Assembly (NCBI GenBank): GCA_951406725.2 | Contig: OX597832.1 | Coordinates: 35,340,001-35,404,000, forward strand | Length of the DNA: 64,000 nucleotides | Reading direction: 5' to 3' | Source: Octopus vulgaris | Lineage: Eukaryota | In this document: one piece after another, positions 1-13,876 of the stretch | Position numbering within the stretch: the first letter of the stretch is position 1 | Layout of the letters: each line of letters begins with the position of its first letter | Made by a program: the position numbers and the translations under genes | The notes under the pieces: model-generated | Database searches by the model: none | Seen by the model: the letters and a program-made list of their open reading frames with translations, nothing else | What the model was told of the DNA's origin: nothing

Positions 1-905
1 ATACAATATTTTTGTGTACACACACAATAGACATACCGATCTCCACATCCATGCGAGCCAAACTAACCCGTTGATGTTTCTAAGCTGGCTCTTTCTCTAC
101 TGGTAAGAAATTCGAAATATAAAACATTACAAAGCAGCAGAGTATCACGAAAGCTGTGAGACAGGATGGTTGCTTTATGTCAAGTGTTGAGATCTAAAGG
201 TATGAGAGGAGCGCGAACAGGTTTATTGTTAAGGAGATTCATACCTACCTGCATGGGTAGGTGGAGGTGACTGGCACAGGGCCTGTAAGCGGAATAAATA
301 TGGTAGTGACGAAGTGCAACAATGTATCCTCAAAGTAATATAATCAAGGTGAATAGAAGAGAGAAGAAGCAGGGAAGGTGAATATGGTTGAGAAGGAATT
401 TAAGGGGAGAGTAAAAGAGGGATAAAAAACGTTGGATGGAAGTAGCCATATAAATATAAGGAATAGATGTATTGAATGATGAACAGGTATAGGTGTAATA
501 AATATGAGCCATGGTGGGTAACATTAATGAGAATGAGAGATGGATGTCAATTGGAAGTAGCTTTGAGGAGTGAATTTATATTTAATTTGTAATATTTAGT
601 GATAATAAAATTCTGATAACAATTTTCTTACTTTGCTGCCATTTTCACTTGTCATTAACATTCATTAAAATACTAAACTATCTGTCAATACCTTTCAGAT
701 TTCTTCAATCTATTGCTTATTTATTCACATCATTTTGAATTAATTACACATTATTTTGTAGCTTCAAGATTTCAATGGTATGTTTCAAGAATGACATTGT
801 AAGGTAGGTGTGAGGGGGTGGATCTGATCAATTTTGACTTAAAACAGGTAGAATATTTGGGCCAGATATGGCCTGATTAAATTCTAAAGGGTTAAAAACA
901 ATTTG

Positions 906-1440
906 TACAGGGTGTCTCAAAAGTCACCAATGGGTTTCAATTTATAATAACTTCTTTAGCTTTACAAATAAATGCATGAAGTTTTGATTCAATATAAAGG
1001 ACATAATGGAAATTAATATGCACAAGTCAAATTTTGCAACACTTATGAAAAATGACATTGGTTCACATGCCTGTGCTCTTTCCAAAACTTGCATCATAAC
1101 ACTCAAAAGAGTTTCAGACCCACTTCTCTGATTTATTTATTGATGTTCTTCTTCAGTTGCACTAGGGTCTCCAGTTTGTTGATGTAAACCCTCTCTTTCA
1201 GGTATCCCCATAAGAAAAAATCCAAACTAGTCAACTCTGGAAAACGTGAAGGCCAGTTGACATTGCTGTAGTTGGAGATTTTTCTCTCTCCAAATCACTG
1301 CCGTAGCAACTGCATTGTTTCTCTTGCAGTATGAACAGTTGCCCCATCTTGCTGGAAACATGTGTGAAGCCTATTTTGAATGGCCTTCATGTTCCCCTGT
1401 CTTGACAAGCCTGGATGGTGCAAGTTTTGGAAAGAGACGA
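906..1440 (-). mobile_element. Tc1/mariner-superfamily transposon remnant
   Basis: Minus strand encodes FQQDGATVHTA and WPSRFPELTSLDFF.WGYLKERVY. TA-CAGGGTGTC terminal repeat at 906. Confidence 0.8.
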
Positions 1441-2793
1441 AGCCAAAAATGGTAGAGTTTTGAAAAATTTAGTTAAATAAAAAGTGTTGTGTAACTGTTT
1501 GAAAAAAAGGATAAAAGGCATTGTGTTTGATTGTTATCTCTCAGAAATACAATGATAGTGAAAATATGTCTTCAGTATGTAGGACAACTAATGCTTTATT
1601 GAGAATCATCATCATCCAGTGTTTTAATCTGGGAGTTAATGGCAGTGGCCGGATCTACCTCAATGCCATAGCAACCACCTTCACACCATCTTGCCTGGTT
1701 TTGGGCATCCTCCTTTTTCAAACCAACCCTCCCACTCTCCTCCTCCACCTGTCCCTTCCACCTTTTCTTTGGTCTACCTTTCGTGATCCATTTACCGCAA
1801 ACATAATCACCCTCCTCAGAACATGCTATTCATCCCTACCTCAACACATGCAGTAACTATTTAAGACCCAACCAAGGAATCCAAATCTTTGTGATGTAAT
1901 CATCATAACAAATTATTATAGTCCAGTATTTACTGATATGTTTCACTACTGCTTTCATTGCCACTATTTCTGAGCTAGACAATTGAAACTTATTATGAAG
2001 GACAACCAGAGTAAGTTTTGAGAAAATCTGCTTTCATATATGACACACAATGATTTTAGTCTGATAAAAATTATAGTGAACCATATTAACAAAATTTTTG
2101 TGTAGCATCTAAACTGGTTTGTCTGTTTTGATCTCAACCATCCTCACCAGCCCTACTGTCAGTTCATGCTAAAAGTGATTTTCAAATTTCAGTCCCCAAA
2201 ATTTCTAGATTGCTTACTAAACGTATATTTCTGTTTATTTTTCTCTCTTCTTTAATAGCAACAATAAAACCTATATTTTCTTTTGATACATAACCAGAGT
2301 AGGGTCTAATATGTTTCTGTCTAAATTCCATTAATTGTTCACTAACTTCACTTTCTTAATCTGAGGTCTTTGACAATATATAGATATTTTTGCTACTGAT
2401 GGTAGTTGGATGCTTAAATGTTGATACTACATTATAATTTTTAAGTTGAAAAATAGTTACACATAGCAGTAATATATAGATAGATGGTGATAATTGATCC
2501 AAGGAACCAGTGGGATAACTATTCAAACCATTCCTACAAATATATGAATTTGAAAACGGTATACAAATGAATATAAAGTGTCAAAATGTTGATAAGCTGT
2601 TAAAGATATGAAAAAAATTGTGATAAACTTTTATTCAAAGAAAGCAAATCAAGATAATATAGACAAAAAATACTGTGAACACTACATAATCCAAATTTTA
2701 CTTTTAAAATAATTATTTTTATTTTAACAGTTAAATTTATTGTTTCTCAAAATTGAAAACAAGAACCATTGAATTTTTTTTTTCTAGAATGAG

Positions 2794-2836
2794 TTTATTG
2801 GACTTTTACAATCACTTAACCATTATTGTTTTATTG
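2794..2836 (-). promoter_or_regulatory. Candidate polyadenylation signals of BLOC1S3
   Basis: AATAAA on the minus strand at 2831-2836 and 2794-2799, just downstream of the stop. The region is AT-rich, so usage is unproven. Confidence 0.4.
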
Positions 2837-2881
2837 TCAATTTTTAATAGTCATTTCAATTGCTTCAGGACTTGAATTTGT

Positions 2882-2992
2882 TTAGTTAGGAAGCTTAATC
2901 TCTGGAAGTATATTACAGGATGTAATAATGTCAATTTTATCTTGGATACGGAACAAGTCATTGGTCAGGAGACGCATATTGTGTGACACATC
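2882..2992 (-). CDS. BLOC1S3: BLOC-1 subunit 3, terminal coding exon 6 (DVSHNMRLLTNDLFRIQDKIDIITSCNILPEIKLPN*)
   Basis: Acceptor ttcttttcttttgaag|, stop TAA at 2882-2884. C-terminus matches the BLOC1S3 pattern H-x-x-RL-x-x-x-DL...DI-x-x-x-C-x-x-LPxI. Total CDS 582 nt. Confidence 0.9.
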   Translation of the reverse strand, partial: DVSHNMRLLTNDLFRIQDKIDIITSCNILPEIKLPN

Positions 2993-3289
2993 CTTCAAAA
3001 GAAAAGAAATAAAATAATATATAAAGACAAATGGTAATCACATGGAACCTTGAATGAAAAAGCTTCAGAGTACAATCAGAAAAATTCAAATCCTCTAATC
3101 CAGGGGATTAGTAAAATGGAAACTGACAAGACTTTGTACATTATCTGCTGGGCATTTGTAAACATAACTTGAGCAAACCATAATGTTACACAGGAGGCAC
3201 TAAATCCTAACCTTCTCATTTCTCTTTCAGACATATCAACAGTGTCAACTGTAAATGAAAGAGCATGTCATGCTGCTAATTATGGTGAA

Positions 3290-3850
3290 TGAATGTGGCC
3301 AAGACCTTTGTGTTGAAGGTCAAAAAAGAGCTAAGGGCTTGCAGTGGGAACATATCAATGACATCCAAGAGAAAGAAATATTCTCAGTAGCCATATTTCA
3401 TCAAGGTGACTGAGTTTAACAAGCAAGTCCAAGGCAAGATCAACAACCTTCGTGGGTCAATGAAGGCCACTACTGAGCAGCTCAATGAGACAGATGGTGA
3501 ATAGGGGGTACCCAACATGATACACAAGTCATGCAGCCTCACCTCTCTCTGCAGGGCTTCAGGGTTGACACTACTGCACTGAGATGCTGGACACTGGTCA
3601 AATCTCAGATAGACAGGTGAGAGTGGCTGTATTCAAACAAGATTCTGTTCCCTTTCATATAACACTTATGATCCAGGAATGGCTAACCAAGAAGTTTCAA
3701 GATCATGTGACCCCCAAAACTAGTTAACTCCTAATTTGACACCTCTGGAATGCTGCATTTGAAGAGTCATTGGGATAAGAGTTGGTGACCAATGGTTTCA
3801 TGGTGCTAAGGATTCATAGAGGGCTGCATTGAAGCCATCATCAGGCTAAG
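3290..3850 (+). mobile_element. Highly decayed Tc1-like transposase fragment
   Basis: FKQDSVPFH (~3632) and PNLTPLE (~3730) resemble the FQQDSAPxH and SPDLNPLD motifs. Many stops. Confidence 0.5.
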
Positions 3851-4844
3851 AGCATTTCTGTTGAATGGCCTGTTTCATTGATGTTTCTAGTTGAGTGTGT
3901 TGGTTTCGTATTTGGTGGCTTTGGTTTTCCTTGTGTTTCATCTTCAGTTGCCTGATCCTAGTACACTATGTATTGAGTTTTTAAACACACATAATTGCAA
4001 TGAAGTAATCTTTTCTAACTGACTATCTACTTCATTTATTGTGTACACTGAGCTTTTCAATAACATACATTTTGTCATCTCTATTCTCATACCTTGATTA
4101 TATCCTGGATATGTTTATGAGTAATGGAATAAATTTATGAGATACATGTTACACTAAATTTAGAAAACTGGTTAGCAAAAGAGAGTGTAATTCGATTGTT
4201 TGGAAAATATTCTCTTTTGAATAGCATTTCAGATTTTATCTCCCAATCAGTTTTCTTGTGCCTCTTCCATTGATTACTTTTTAGCTTGTTAGTTCCATAT
4301 CAGCACCTATGGCCTTTTGCAGCACCTCTGAAACTGGTGGGAGAAAGGAAATAGAGACAAAGATCCATGAGTTACTGCAGTAAGAAGCATCAAACTATCA
4401 AGGTATCCTTGGGCTGGAAACCTCGGGTATATGGTCACAATAGAGTACACGCCACTGAAGGCACCCAAGTGGTAGGTAATGTTAAACAAGGCACCCAAGA
4501 TGGACTCCACCTAATGAGCTCAGTTTCTGGGTAGATTAACTACCATGAGAAAATGTAAGTTAACTGTTTTTCTCAAGTTTTGAGTCCAATATAATAATCC
4601 ATAACCACTAACTTATACAGGAGTTTACCCTTTCCGGGTTATAAAACTATTATTTATTAGCAATATAATTAAACCAAAATCATGGTAACAGTAATTAGTA
4701 TTAATTAATTAATAAACTGAATACACATTAGACCAAATAAAAACATTATATATTTGTTTAAAAAGATTTATTATGTCTGAAGAAATTTTCTTTGATAGAA
4801 AAGAGACAAAGAAGAAAAATTGCAAAAGAAATTGAGACGATTAC

Positions 4845-4966
4845 CTGAATAGCTGCCTGTGTTTTGAATAGATTCTGAGAGTTTGTGATAAGATTTTTAG
4901 TTGATGATACATAAATATGCTTCAGTGCTTCTCTTAAATGACGACTAAAAGCAATATTTCGATCCC
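4845..4966 (-). CDS. BLOC1S3: BLOC-1 subunit 3, coding exon 5 (DRNIAFSRHLREALKHIYVSSTKNLITNSQNLFKTQAAIQ)
   Basis: Acceptor tgtttgcag|, 122 nt, phase 1 to 0, donor CAG|GTAATC. Helical region, embedded in track ORF 4758..5060. Confidence 0.88.
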
Positions 4967-5200
4967 CTGCAAACATTAACGTTTCAATGTTACATTTTGA
5001 ATTGGAGTATTTCATACATTTAAGCAATAAAAAGGAAATAGAGAAAGTGTTTGTTTTCATATATTAACACTAGTCTAATAAATTATGAAATATTAAATAT
5101 AAAATATGCTAATAGCATTTTATGAGAAAAAAACATAAACTAAAGTTAACTCTAGAATGTATAATGTTAATTGTTAGGAATAAATTAAGATACTACTCAC

Positions 5201-5220
5201 TCAATTTGGTATGTAATAAG
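5201..5220 (-). CDS. BLOC1S3: BLOC-1 subunit 3, coding exon 4, 20-nt microexon (SLLHTKLR)
   Basis: ctttcttctattttcag|CTTATTACATACCAAATTGA|gtgagt. Phase 2 to 1 exactly bridges exons 3 and 5 and supplies the conserved SLLxxKL/RL segment. Confidence 0.87.
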
Positions 5221-7087
5221 CTGAAAATAGAAGAAAGACATAATTTTACAAAAATAAATTATAACTTCTACCATTTTAACTTTTGTGCTACTATGGTAGA
5301 ACTTTGCATTCATAATCCAAGGCAGAAGAATTTAAAAGGAATCATACATTTCCATTTCTTAATTATTGATAAAATTTGTACCCATATGGTTGCACATTTT
5401 AAAATATATCTTGAGATAGGAACTAAAATCTAGAAAAAAAAAGTTTCTATTTTATTGTTACTGATATATCAAACATATTCTATATATTTGATAGATAAAT
5501 GACTTACAAAAGTGTTTTATGTTTATGATAATAAATGAATATAAAATGTTAAAAAAATATCTGGACAAATGTACAAATAGTGCTAAAGGTAAAATTTAGA
5601 ACAGTTATATTTTTTGACTAAAGTTATCTCAGTTCATTTGCAAGACTTATTTAAAAAAACCTAGCAACCACCACTAGATCACCTGCTACTGAAGTGAACT
5701 TGCAAACCTGATAAAATTCCTGTTCACAAGGTAATAGAATAGGCAGCTGTAAATACTAAGTCTTTTCCTTGTAAAAACAATCTACTGTTTAACATAGACA
5801 AGTGATTAGCAACATTATGATAAGAGACAAACAGATATAAAAATACAAGACTTTCTGAGGAAGGTGGTTATGGAAGTTGAAAAAGCTCTCAGCCATACAG
5901 AAGTCCAAAGAAATACTAGGCAATACCTATGATGATGATGACGACGACGATGATGAAATAGAAAATACAGAAGACAACTACAAGTTTCTACCAGACAATC
6001 TGTGGATGAAAGAGGATTCCAGCACTAAATGATGGTGAAATATTACAATAGATCGAGACATAAAAGCACAGACCTGGAAGGATCAATGAAAGTAAGACTA
6101 CAGGTAGCTAGATACTAAGCAGGATGTCAAGTATGCTTAGTGTGAAGAGAATGTCAATGTTGTGTGACAAGAGGAAAGAGGTATGAGATTTCCAGATTAC
6201 AAAATGGTGTGTATGCACAACAAATCAGGCCATTGTAAATAAAAAGATGTATGGAAAGGTAGTAGTGCATTCAATTCACTGTAAAAGGGAAGAAAGAGGC
6301 CTGGAAATATTACGATGAAGGATTACTAAATGAACAGCGAGAGAGAGAGATCAACTGTTGAGTTATATGACTGAAATAGGCATTATGAATATGAAGGCAA
6401 GGAAAGCTTGACCATTATAGGATTAGTTACGGAGAAGCGGAAACTACCTGGCAACGAAATGCATGCACTAGTTACCTGCCTAATCAATCAAATGCATTCT
6501 AGCCATGACCATCCCACAATTTTTAGAATTATTTGGGATCACATTATCACATGTGTTCTTTTCTTTTCTAAGATAGCAAGGTGTGATTTGAGGGAGATTT
6601 GCTTGCTATTTCTAGCAGGTCAAGCAACTTCATAGAAGCTTTCTCACTGGTTTGTTCTCAGTCATGTTTAAGCCCCATGTCAGTCTTGATAAAGCAGACC
6701 TTTTGACCAGAGTCATTCCAGCCTTGATCATTTCAACTTTTTATATTTAGAATTACATTACGTGTTCTTCCTTTTTTAAAGATGACAGAGTTTGATAGAA
6801 GGGAGATTTGGCTGCTATTTCTAACAAGTCAAATGACTATGTAGAAGCCCTGTTACAGGCTTGTGGGTCATGGAGTGGATATCATTCCCAATGACTGATA
6901 TAGCAGTATCATCATCAATTACTAAAAGAACAAAAGAGATGCTTTAGAAAGAAGCATGTATAAAAGCACCATCTGATAGTGAGAGAAAGACCAGTGAGCA
7001 GAGCGGATGAGGAAGAGAATTATCTATATTAAAGAGGATTTGTATGTGTGTGTGATGCATTCGTGAACTGAGTTGACAATTGTGACG

Positions 7088-7855
7088 TATGGGGTATCAA
7101 AAGACTATCAGTGCAAGTTTTGAAGAGTGCAGTTCGATTTTAACAGTTATTTTTTCAAAGCTATAATGGAAGTGACAAAGGAGCATATTTTGCTTTATGA
7201 GTTCAACAAAGCAACGGAAAGTGCAAGGAATATTAATGCAGTATTTGGGGCTCGGACAATAAGTGTAAGCCAGTGTCAATGGTGGTTCCAGAAATTCTGA
7301 GTTGGAAACTACAGCCTAGAAGATCTGTAGAGCTTGACAAGGACATCCTGCAAAACCTGGTGGAATAAAATCCCATCGTAACTGTTGAGGAACTAGCAAG
7401 GAAGCTTGGATTTGGTCATTCAACCAGTCATTCAAGACAGTGCTATAAGAAAAATGACCATCTTTGGTTTCAAGACAAAAGGTGTTCTTCCATCAGGATA
7501 ATGCTTGGTCACGTACAACAAGGATGACATTCGAAAGGCTGGAGCAGTTTTAATGGGAAACTATATTCACCAGATATTGTTTCAACTGATTATCATTTAT
7601 TCTGCAGTCTTCAAAATCATTTGGATGGCAAAAATATGAATTCTGTAGAGGTCAGAATAGTATTGGAGGAGTATTTTTCGTCTCGGACAAGTGAATTTTG
7701 GAAGAGGGGTCTTGCAAGTCTACTAGATAGATGAAAGAGCATTGCAGAAAATGAAGGAGAGTATATTTTAGATTAAAAAAGAATTTTGTTTATCTTAATT
7801 TTGAAGAATAAAAGAAGTATAAAAAACCACATTATTAATGGGATGACCCAAAATA
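7088..7855 (+). mobile_element. mariner transposon, internally deleted and decayed
   Basis: HILLYEFNK...ARNINAVFG...QWWFQKF HTH region, FHQDNA and YSPDIVSTDYHLF motifs. TIR-like end ...GGGATGACCCAAAATA. Confidence 0.85.
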
Positions 7856-8199
7856 AAGGCTACCAATAAACTGTGTTTTTGGTACAACAACTCTATTTTA
7901 CAACTAAAATAACCTCGGAAACGAGGTTGGGTCACACAGTTTTGATGTCATTTTCGGGCAATATTTCAATTTGCTTCTAATGTTTCACTCAAGTGTAGAA
8001 TTCTACTTAGACAAACATTTATGAAAATGTACACATAAATATTGTATTAAAATAAGCCACAACCAAAAAATATCATTAAAAGACATCCATTTCTCAATAT
8101 GTTATGAGGAAATTGAGTCATTCACTCTCGCCCACATGCACACATACATACAAAAAAGATGTATGAATATGTATTTCTGTATGTGTATTTGAAAAATAA

Positions 8200-8247
<48 letters not shown>

Positions 8248-8849
8248 CCACTTACACATACAAGCAAAAAATTACATACAACACACACCTTCACTCACTC
8301 ACTCTCATGAGGTGATGGGTGAGCGAGGTGGGGGAAGGGGCATTGAGTGTTTCTTTAAGAAAACTTAAGCTTTTTTTCTGTGGAAAAAAAAAATTTGAAA
8401 AAAGTTACAAATTAATAAATTGCGGTGGGGATGGGGGGAAATTAAAATTTTGAAAATGTGATTTCTGGGCAAAATCATATTAAGCCCTTTTCATATGATG
8501 AAACAATACATAATTTGTGACCTTCTTAAGAACAGAAAGCACTTTTGTGCAAACCCATGCAAATTGTACCCTCCTCCCTTCACTTTTAAACAAACAATAA
8601 CTTCCTTTACACCAGTAATCCAGTTCACTATAGTTCAGCTGTAAGGTCATAACACCCGGGCAATGCAGGGAAGCACTGCTAGTCATAAATAAGATGCAGG
8701 TTGGGTTTATGCCAAGATGGAATTTCACTGATGACTGTTTCTTAATAGGACATAGCTAAGAGCAGGCTACTATACTTAGCAATTCCTGACTTAGAGAAAG
8801 CTTTTGACATGATTTTGGTTCTTGCTAAGAAAACTAGTTGTAGATGAAT

Positions 8850-9130
8850 AGTCTGCGAGAGCAGTGAAAAACATGTATGAGAATGCTGCTATCAACAGAG
8901 TGGGACTTGGCAACAAGTTCAGTAAAGGATCAGTATGCACACAGATGTCCATCAGGGCTTGCTTCTCAAACCTCTCTTGCATATTATAGTTCTCCAAGTC
9001 AAAGTAGAACAGTTCAGCTGTTTGTGGGAACTACTGTTGCCAATGACCTGATTCTTATAATTGAATCAATCTAAGTAGAGAAAAGGTCCCAAGCATGGAA
9101 GCAGAATCAAGAGATTTGCAGCACAAAATC
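8850..9130 (+). mobile_element. RTE-type LINE reverse transcriptase fragment
   Basis: VHQGLLLKPLLHIIVL and WELL..NDLILI correspond to the RT motifs QGSxLSP and YADD. Confidence 0.55.
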
Positions 9131-9714
9131 TGATTCTGTTTATTTGTAATGTTCCTAGGATCAAACTCTAGTCTGCAGTTTGGTAATAACACTATGATTG
9201 ACAAATACATCATACAGCTAAGAAAACAAAATAAGAAGCTGTTTCCATTGGTAACATAATTTTTTATTCAAGTACACTTCACAGCTGATATCATAATTTC
9301 TGTTTCTAGTGAGAACAAGTTAAATAAAACTTCAACTCATAAGTTGCAATAGTTTATGAAACTGAGTTTATAAGCTTTATAAACTGATAGCAAAAATTAG
9401 TCATAGAATACAACTTGTAGAAGGTTAGTCACACTTTGGCTCAGATCTGTGGAACACATCAAAACTGAAAGCAATGCCAGAAATATGATATACCAGTTCA
9501 GAGATTATAAACAGGACCAGGTAAAAGAATGTGAAATTATTTCAGATAAGCTGAATGTAGATAAAAGTATGTAGAGGGGCAAACTACTAACATTCATCTT
9601 TCAAATTTTGTGCACGCATAAACAATGGAAATTCTTTGAGATGAATAAGGTCTTTTATTCCCCTAATATTGTCTGCTCAAGCGATACCAAAAACAATAAT
9701 CGGGTAACTTAAAC

Positions 9715-9780
9715 CTTGAAGTTATCTCTTTTGCCAAACAGCTAAGTTACATAAACACACCAACCAAATTATTGAGACAT

Positions 9781-9829
<49 letters not shown>

Positions 9830-10005
9830 TATATATATATGACACAGAGGCTTCTTTCAGTTTCCATCTACCAAATCCACTCACAAGGCATTGGGTGGCC
9901 TGAGGCTATAGAAGAAGACACATGCCCAAGGTGCCACGGTGTGGGACTGAACTTGGAACCATGTGGTTGGGAAGCAAACTTCTTACCACATACAGTCACA
10001 CCAGC
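9715..10005 (-). mobile_element. tRNA-derived SINE with internal (TA)n
   Basis: Same family as 29530-30420. Head (minus) TGTGGTAAGAAGTTTGCTTCCCAACCACATGGTTCCAAGTTCAGTCCC has box A/B-like motifs. Confidence 0.7.
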
Positions 10006-10069
10006 ATTTGTGAATACATTCTGAAAACAAAAAACATAAAAAAAAAGAACTCCTGTCTGAAATACATTT

Positions 10070-13000
10070 CCCACATACTTCTGCCACATACTTCTGCCAC
10101 ATACCTTCTGCCACATACTTCTGCCACATACTTCTGCCACATACTTCTGCCACATACCTTCTGCCACATACTTCTGCCACATACTTCTGCCACATACCTT
10201 CTGCCACATACCTTCTGCCACATACTTCTGCCACATACTTCTGCCACATACTTCTGCCACATACCTTCTGCCACATACCTGCCACATACCTTCTGCCACA
10301 TACTCTGCCACATACTTCTGCCACATACTTCTGCCACATACTTCTGCCACATACTTCTGCCACATACTTCTGCCACATACCTTCTGCCACATACTTATGC
10401 CACATACTTCTGCCACATACTTCTGCCACATACTTCTGCCACATACCTTCTGCCACATACCTTCTGCCACATACCTTCTGCCACATACTTCTGCCACATA
10501 CTTCTGCCACATACTTCTGCCACATACTTCTGCCACATACCTTCTGCCACATACTTCTGCTACATACTTCTGCCACATACTTCTGCCACATACTTCTGCC
10601 ACATACCTTCTGCCACATACCTTCTGCCACATATATCTGCCACATACTTCTGCCACATACTTCTGCCACATACTTCTGCCACATACCTTCTGCCACATAC
10701 TTCTGCCACATACCTTCTGCCACATACCTTCTGCCACATACTTCTGCCACATACCTTCTGCCACATACCTTCTGCCACATACTTCTGCCACATACTTCTG
10801 CCACATACTTCTGCCACATACCTTCTGCCACATACTTCTGCCACATACCTTCTGCCACATACTTCTGCCACATACTTCTGCCACATACCTTCTGCCACAT
10901 ACTTCTGCCACATACTTCTGCCACATACTTCTGCCACATACCTTCTGCCACATACTTCTGCCACATACCTTCTGCCACATACCTTCTGCCACATACTTCT
11001 GCCACATACCTTCTGCCACATACTTCTGCCACATACCTTCTGCCACATACCTTCTGCCACATACCTTCTGCCACATACTTCTGCCACATACCTTCTGCCA
11101 CATACTTCTGCCACATACTTCTGCCACATACCTTCTGCCACATACTTCTGCCACATACCTTCTGCCACATACCTTCTGCCACATACTTCTGCCACATACT
11201 TCTGCCACATACCTTCTGCCACATACTTCTGCCACATACTTCTGCCACATACTTCTGCCACATACTTCTGCCACATACCTTCTGCCACATACTTCTGCCA
11301 CATACCTTCTGCCACATACCTTCTGCCACATACTTCTGCCACATACCTTCTGCCACATACCTTCTGCCACATACTTCTGCCACATACTTCTGCCACATAC
11401 CTTCTGCCACATACCTTCTGCCACATACTTCTGCCACATACTTCTGCCACATACCTTCTGCCACATACTTCTGCCACATACTTCTGCCACATACCTTCTG
11501 CCACATACCTTCTGCCACATACTTCTGCCACATACTTCTGCCACATACTTCTGCCACATACTTCTGCCACATACTTAAGCCACATACCTTCTGCCACATA
11601 CTTCTGCCACATACCTTCTGCCACATACTTCTGCCACATACTTCTGCCACATACTTCTGCCACATACTTCTGCCACATACCTTCTGCCACATACTTCTGC
11701 CACATACCTTCTACCACATACTTCTGCCACATACTTCTGCCACATACTTCTGCCACATACCTTCTGCCACATACTTCTGCCACATACTTCAGCCACATAC
11801 CTTCTGCCACATACTTCTGCCACATACCTTCTGCCACATACCTTCTGCCACATACCTACTGCCACATACCTTCTGCCACATACTTCTGCCACATACCTTC
11901 TGCCACATACCTTCTGCCACATACTTCTGCCACATACTTCTGCCACATACTTCTGCCACATACTTCTGCCACATACTTCTGCCACATACTTCTGCCACAT
12001 ACTTCTGCCACATACCTTCTGCCACATACTTCTGCCACATACCTTCTGCCACATACTTCTGCCACATACTTCTGCCACATACCTTCTGCCACATACCTTC
12101 TGCCACATACCTTCTGCCACATACCTTCTGCCACATACTTCTGCCACATACTTCTGCCACATACCTTCTGCCACATACCTTCTGCCACATACTTCTGCCA
12201 CATACTTCTGCCACATACCTTCTGCCACATACTTCTGCCACATACCTTCTGCCACATACTTCTGCCACATACTTCTGCCACATACCTACTGCCACATACC
12301 TTCTGCCACATACTTCTGCCACATACTTCTGCCACATACTTCTGCCACATACTTCTGCCACATACTTCTGCCACATACCTTCTGCCACATACCTTCTGCC
12401 ACATACTTCTGCCACATACTTCTGCCGCATACTTCTGCCACATACCTTCTGCCACATACTTCTGCCACATACTTCTGCCACATACTTCTGCCACATACTT
12501 CTGCCACATACCTTCTGCCACATACCTTCTGCCACATACTTCTGCCACATACCTTCTGCCACATACCTTCTGCCACATACCTTCTGCCACATACCTTCTG
12601 CCACATACTTCTGCCACATACTTCTGCCACATACCTTCTGCCACATACTTCTGCCACATACTTCTGCCACATACCTTCTGCCACATACCTTCTGCCACAT
12701 ACCTGATGCCACATACTTCTGCCACATACTTCTGCCACATACCTTCTGCCACATACCTTCTGCCACATACTTCTGCCACATACTTCTGCCACATACTTCT
12801 GCCACATACTTCTGCCACATACCTGCCACATACTTCTGCCACATACTTCTGCCACATACTTCTGCCACATACCTTCTGCCACATACTTCTGCCACATACT
12901 TCTGCCACATACTTCTGCCACATACCTTCTGCCACATACCTTCTGCCACATACCTTCTGCCACATACTTCTGCCACATACTTCTGCCACATACCTTCTGC

Positions 13001-13876
13001 CACATACTTCTGCCACATACTTCTGCCACATACCTTCTGCCACATACCTTCTGCCACATACTTCTGCCACATACTTCTGCCACATACTTCTGCCACATAC
13101 CTTCTGCCACATACCTTCTGCCACATACTTCTGCCACATACCTTCTGCCACATACTTCTGCCACATACTTCTGCCACATACTTCTGCCACATACTTCTGC
13201 CACATACTTCTGCCACATACTTCTGCCACATACCTTCTGCCACATACCTTCTGCCACATACTTCTGCCACATACTTCTGCCACATACCTTCTGCCACATA
13301 CCTTCTGCCACATACCTTCTGCCACATACTTCTGCCACATACTTCTGCCACATACTTCTGCCACATACCTTCTGCCACATACTTCTGCCACATACTTCTG
13401 CCACATACTTCTGCCACATACTTCTGCCACATACCTTCTGCCACATACTTCTGCCACATACTTCTGCCACATACCTTCTGCCACATACTTCTGCCACATA
13501 CTTCTGCCACATACTTCTGCCACATACCTTCTGCCACATACTTCTGCCACATACTTCTGCCACATACTTCTGCCACATACCTTCTGCCACATACTTCTGC
13601 CACATACTTCTGCCACATACTTCTGCCACATACCTTCTGCCACATACCTTCTGCCACATACCTTCTGCCACATACCTTCTGCCACATACTTCTGCCACAT
13701 ACCTTCTGCCACATACCTTCTGCCACATACTTCTGCCACATACCTTCTGCCACATACTTCTGCCACATACCTTCTGCCACATACCTTCTGCCACATACTT
13801 CTGCCACATACCTTCTGCCACATACCTTCTGCCACATACTTCTGCCACATACCTTCTGCCACATACCTTCTGCCAC
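10070..13876. repeat. Minisatellite, ~3.8 kb, interspersed 13-bp TTCTGCCACATAC and 14-bp CTTCTGCCACATAC units, in BLOC1S3 intron 3
   Basis: Directly visible. About 280 units estimated from length, with few substitution variants. Confidence 0.98.

Noticed and set aside
10070-13876. CRISPR array
   Set aside because: Units are contiguous with no unique spacers, there are no cas genes, and the context is eukaryotic.
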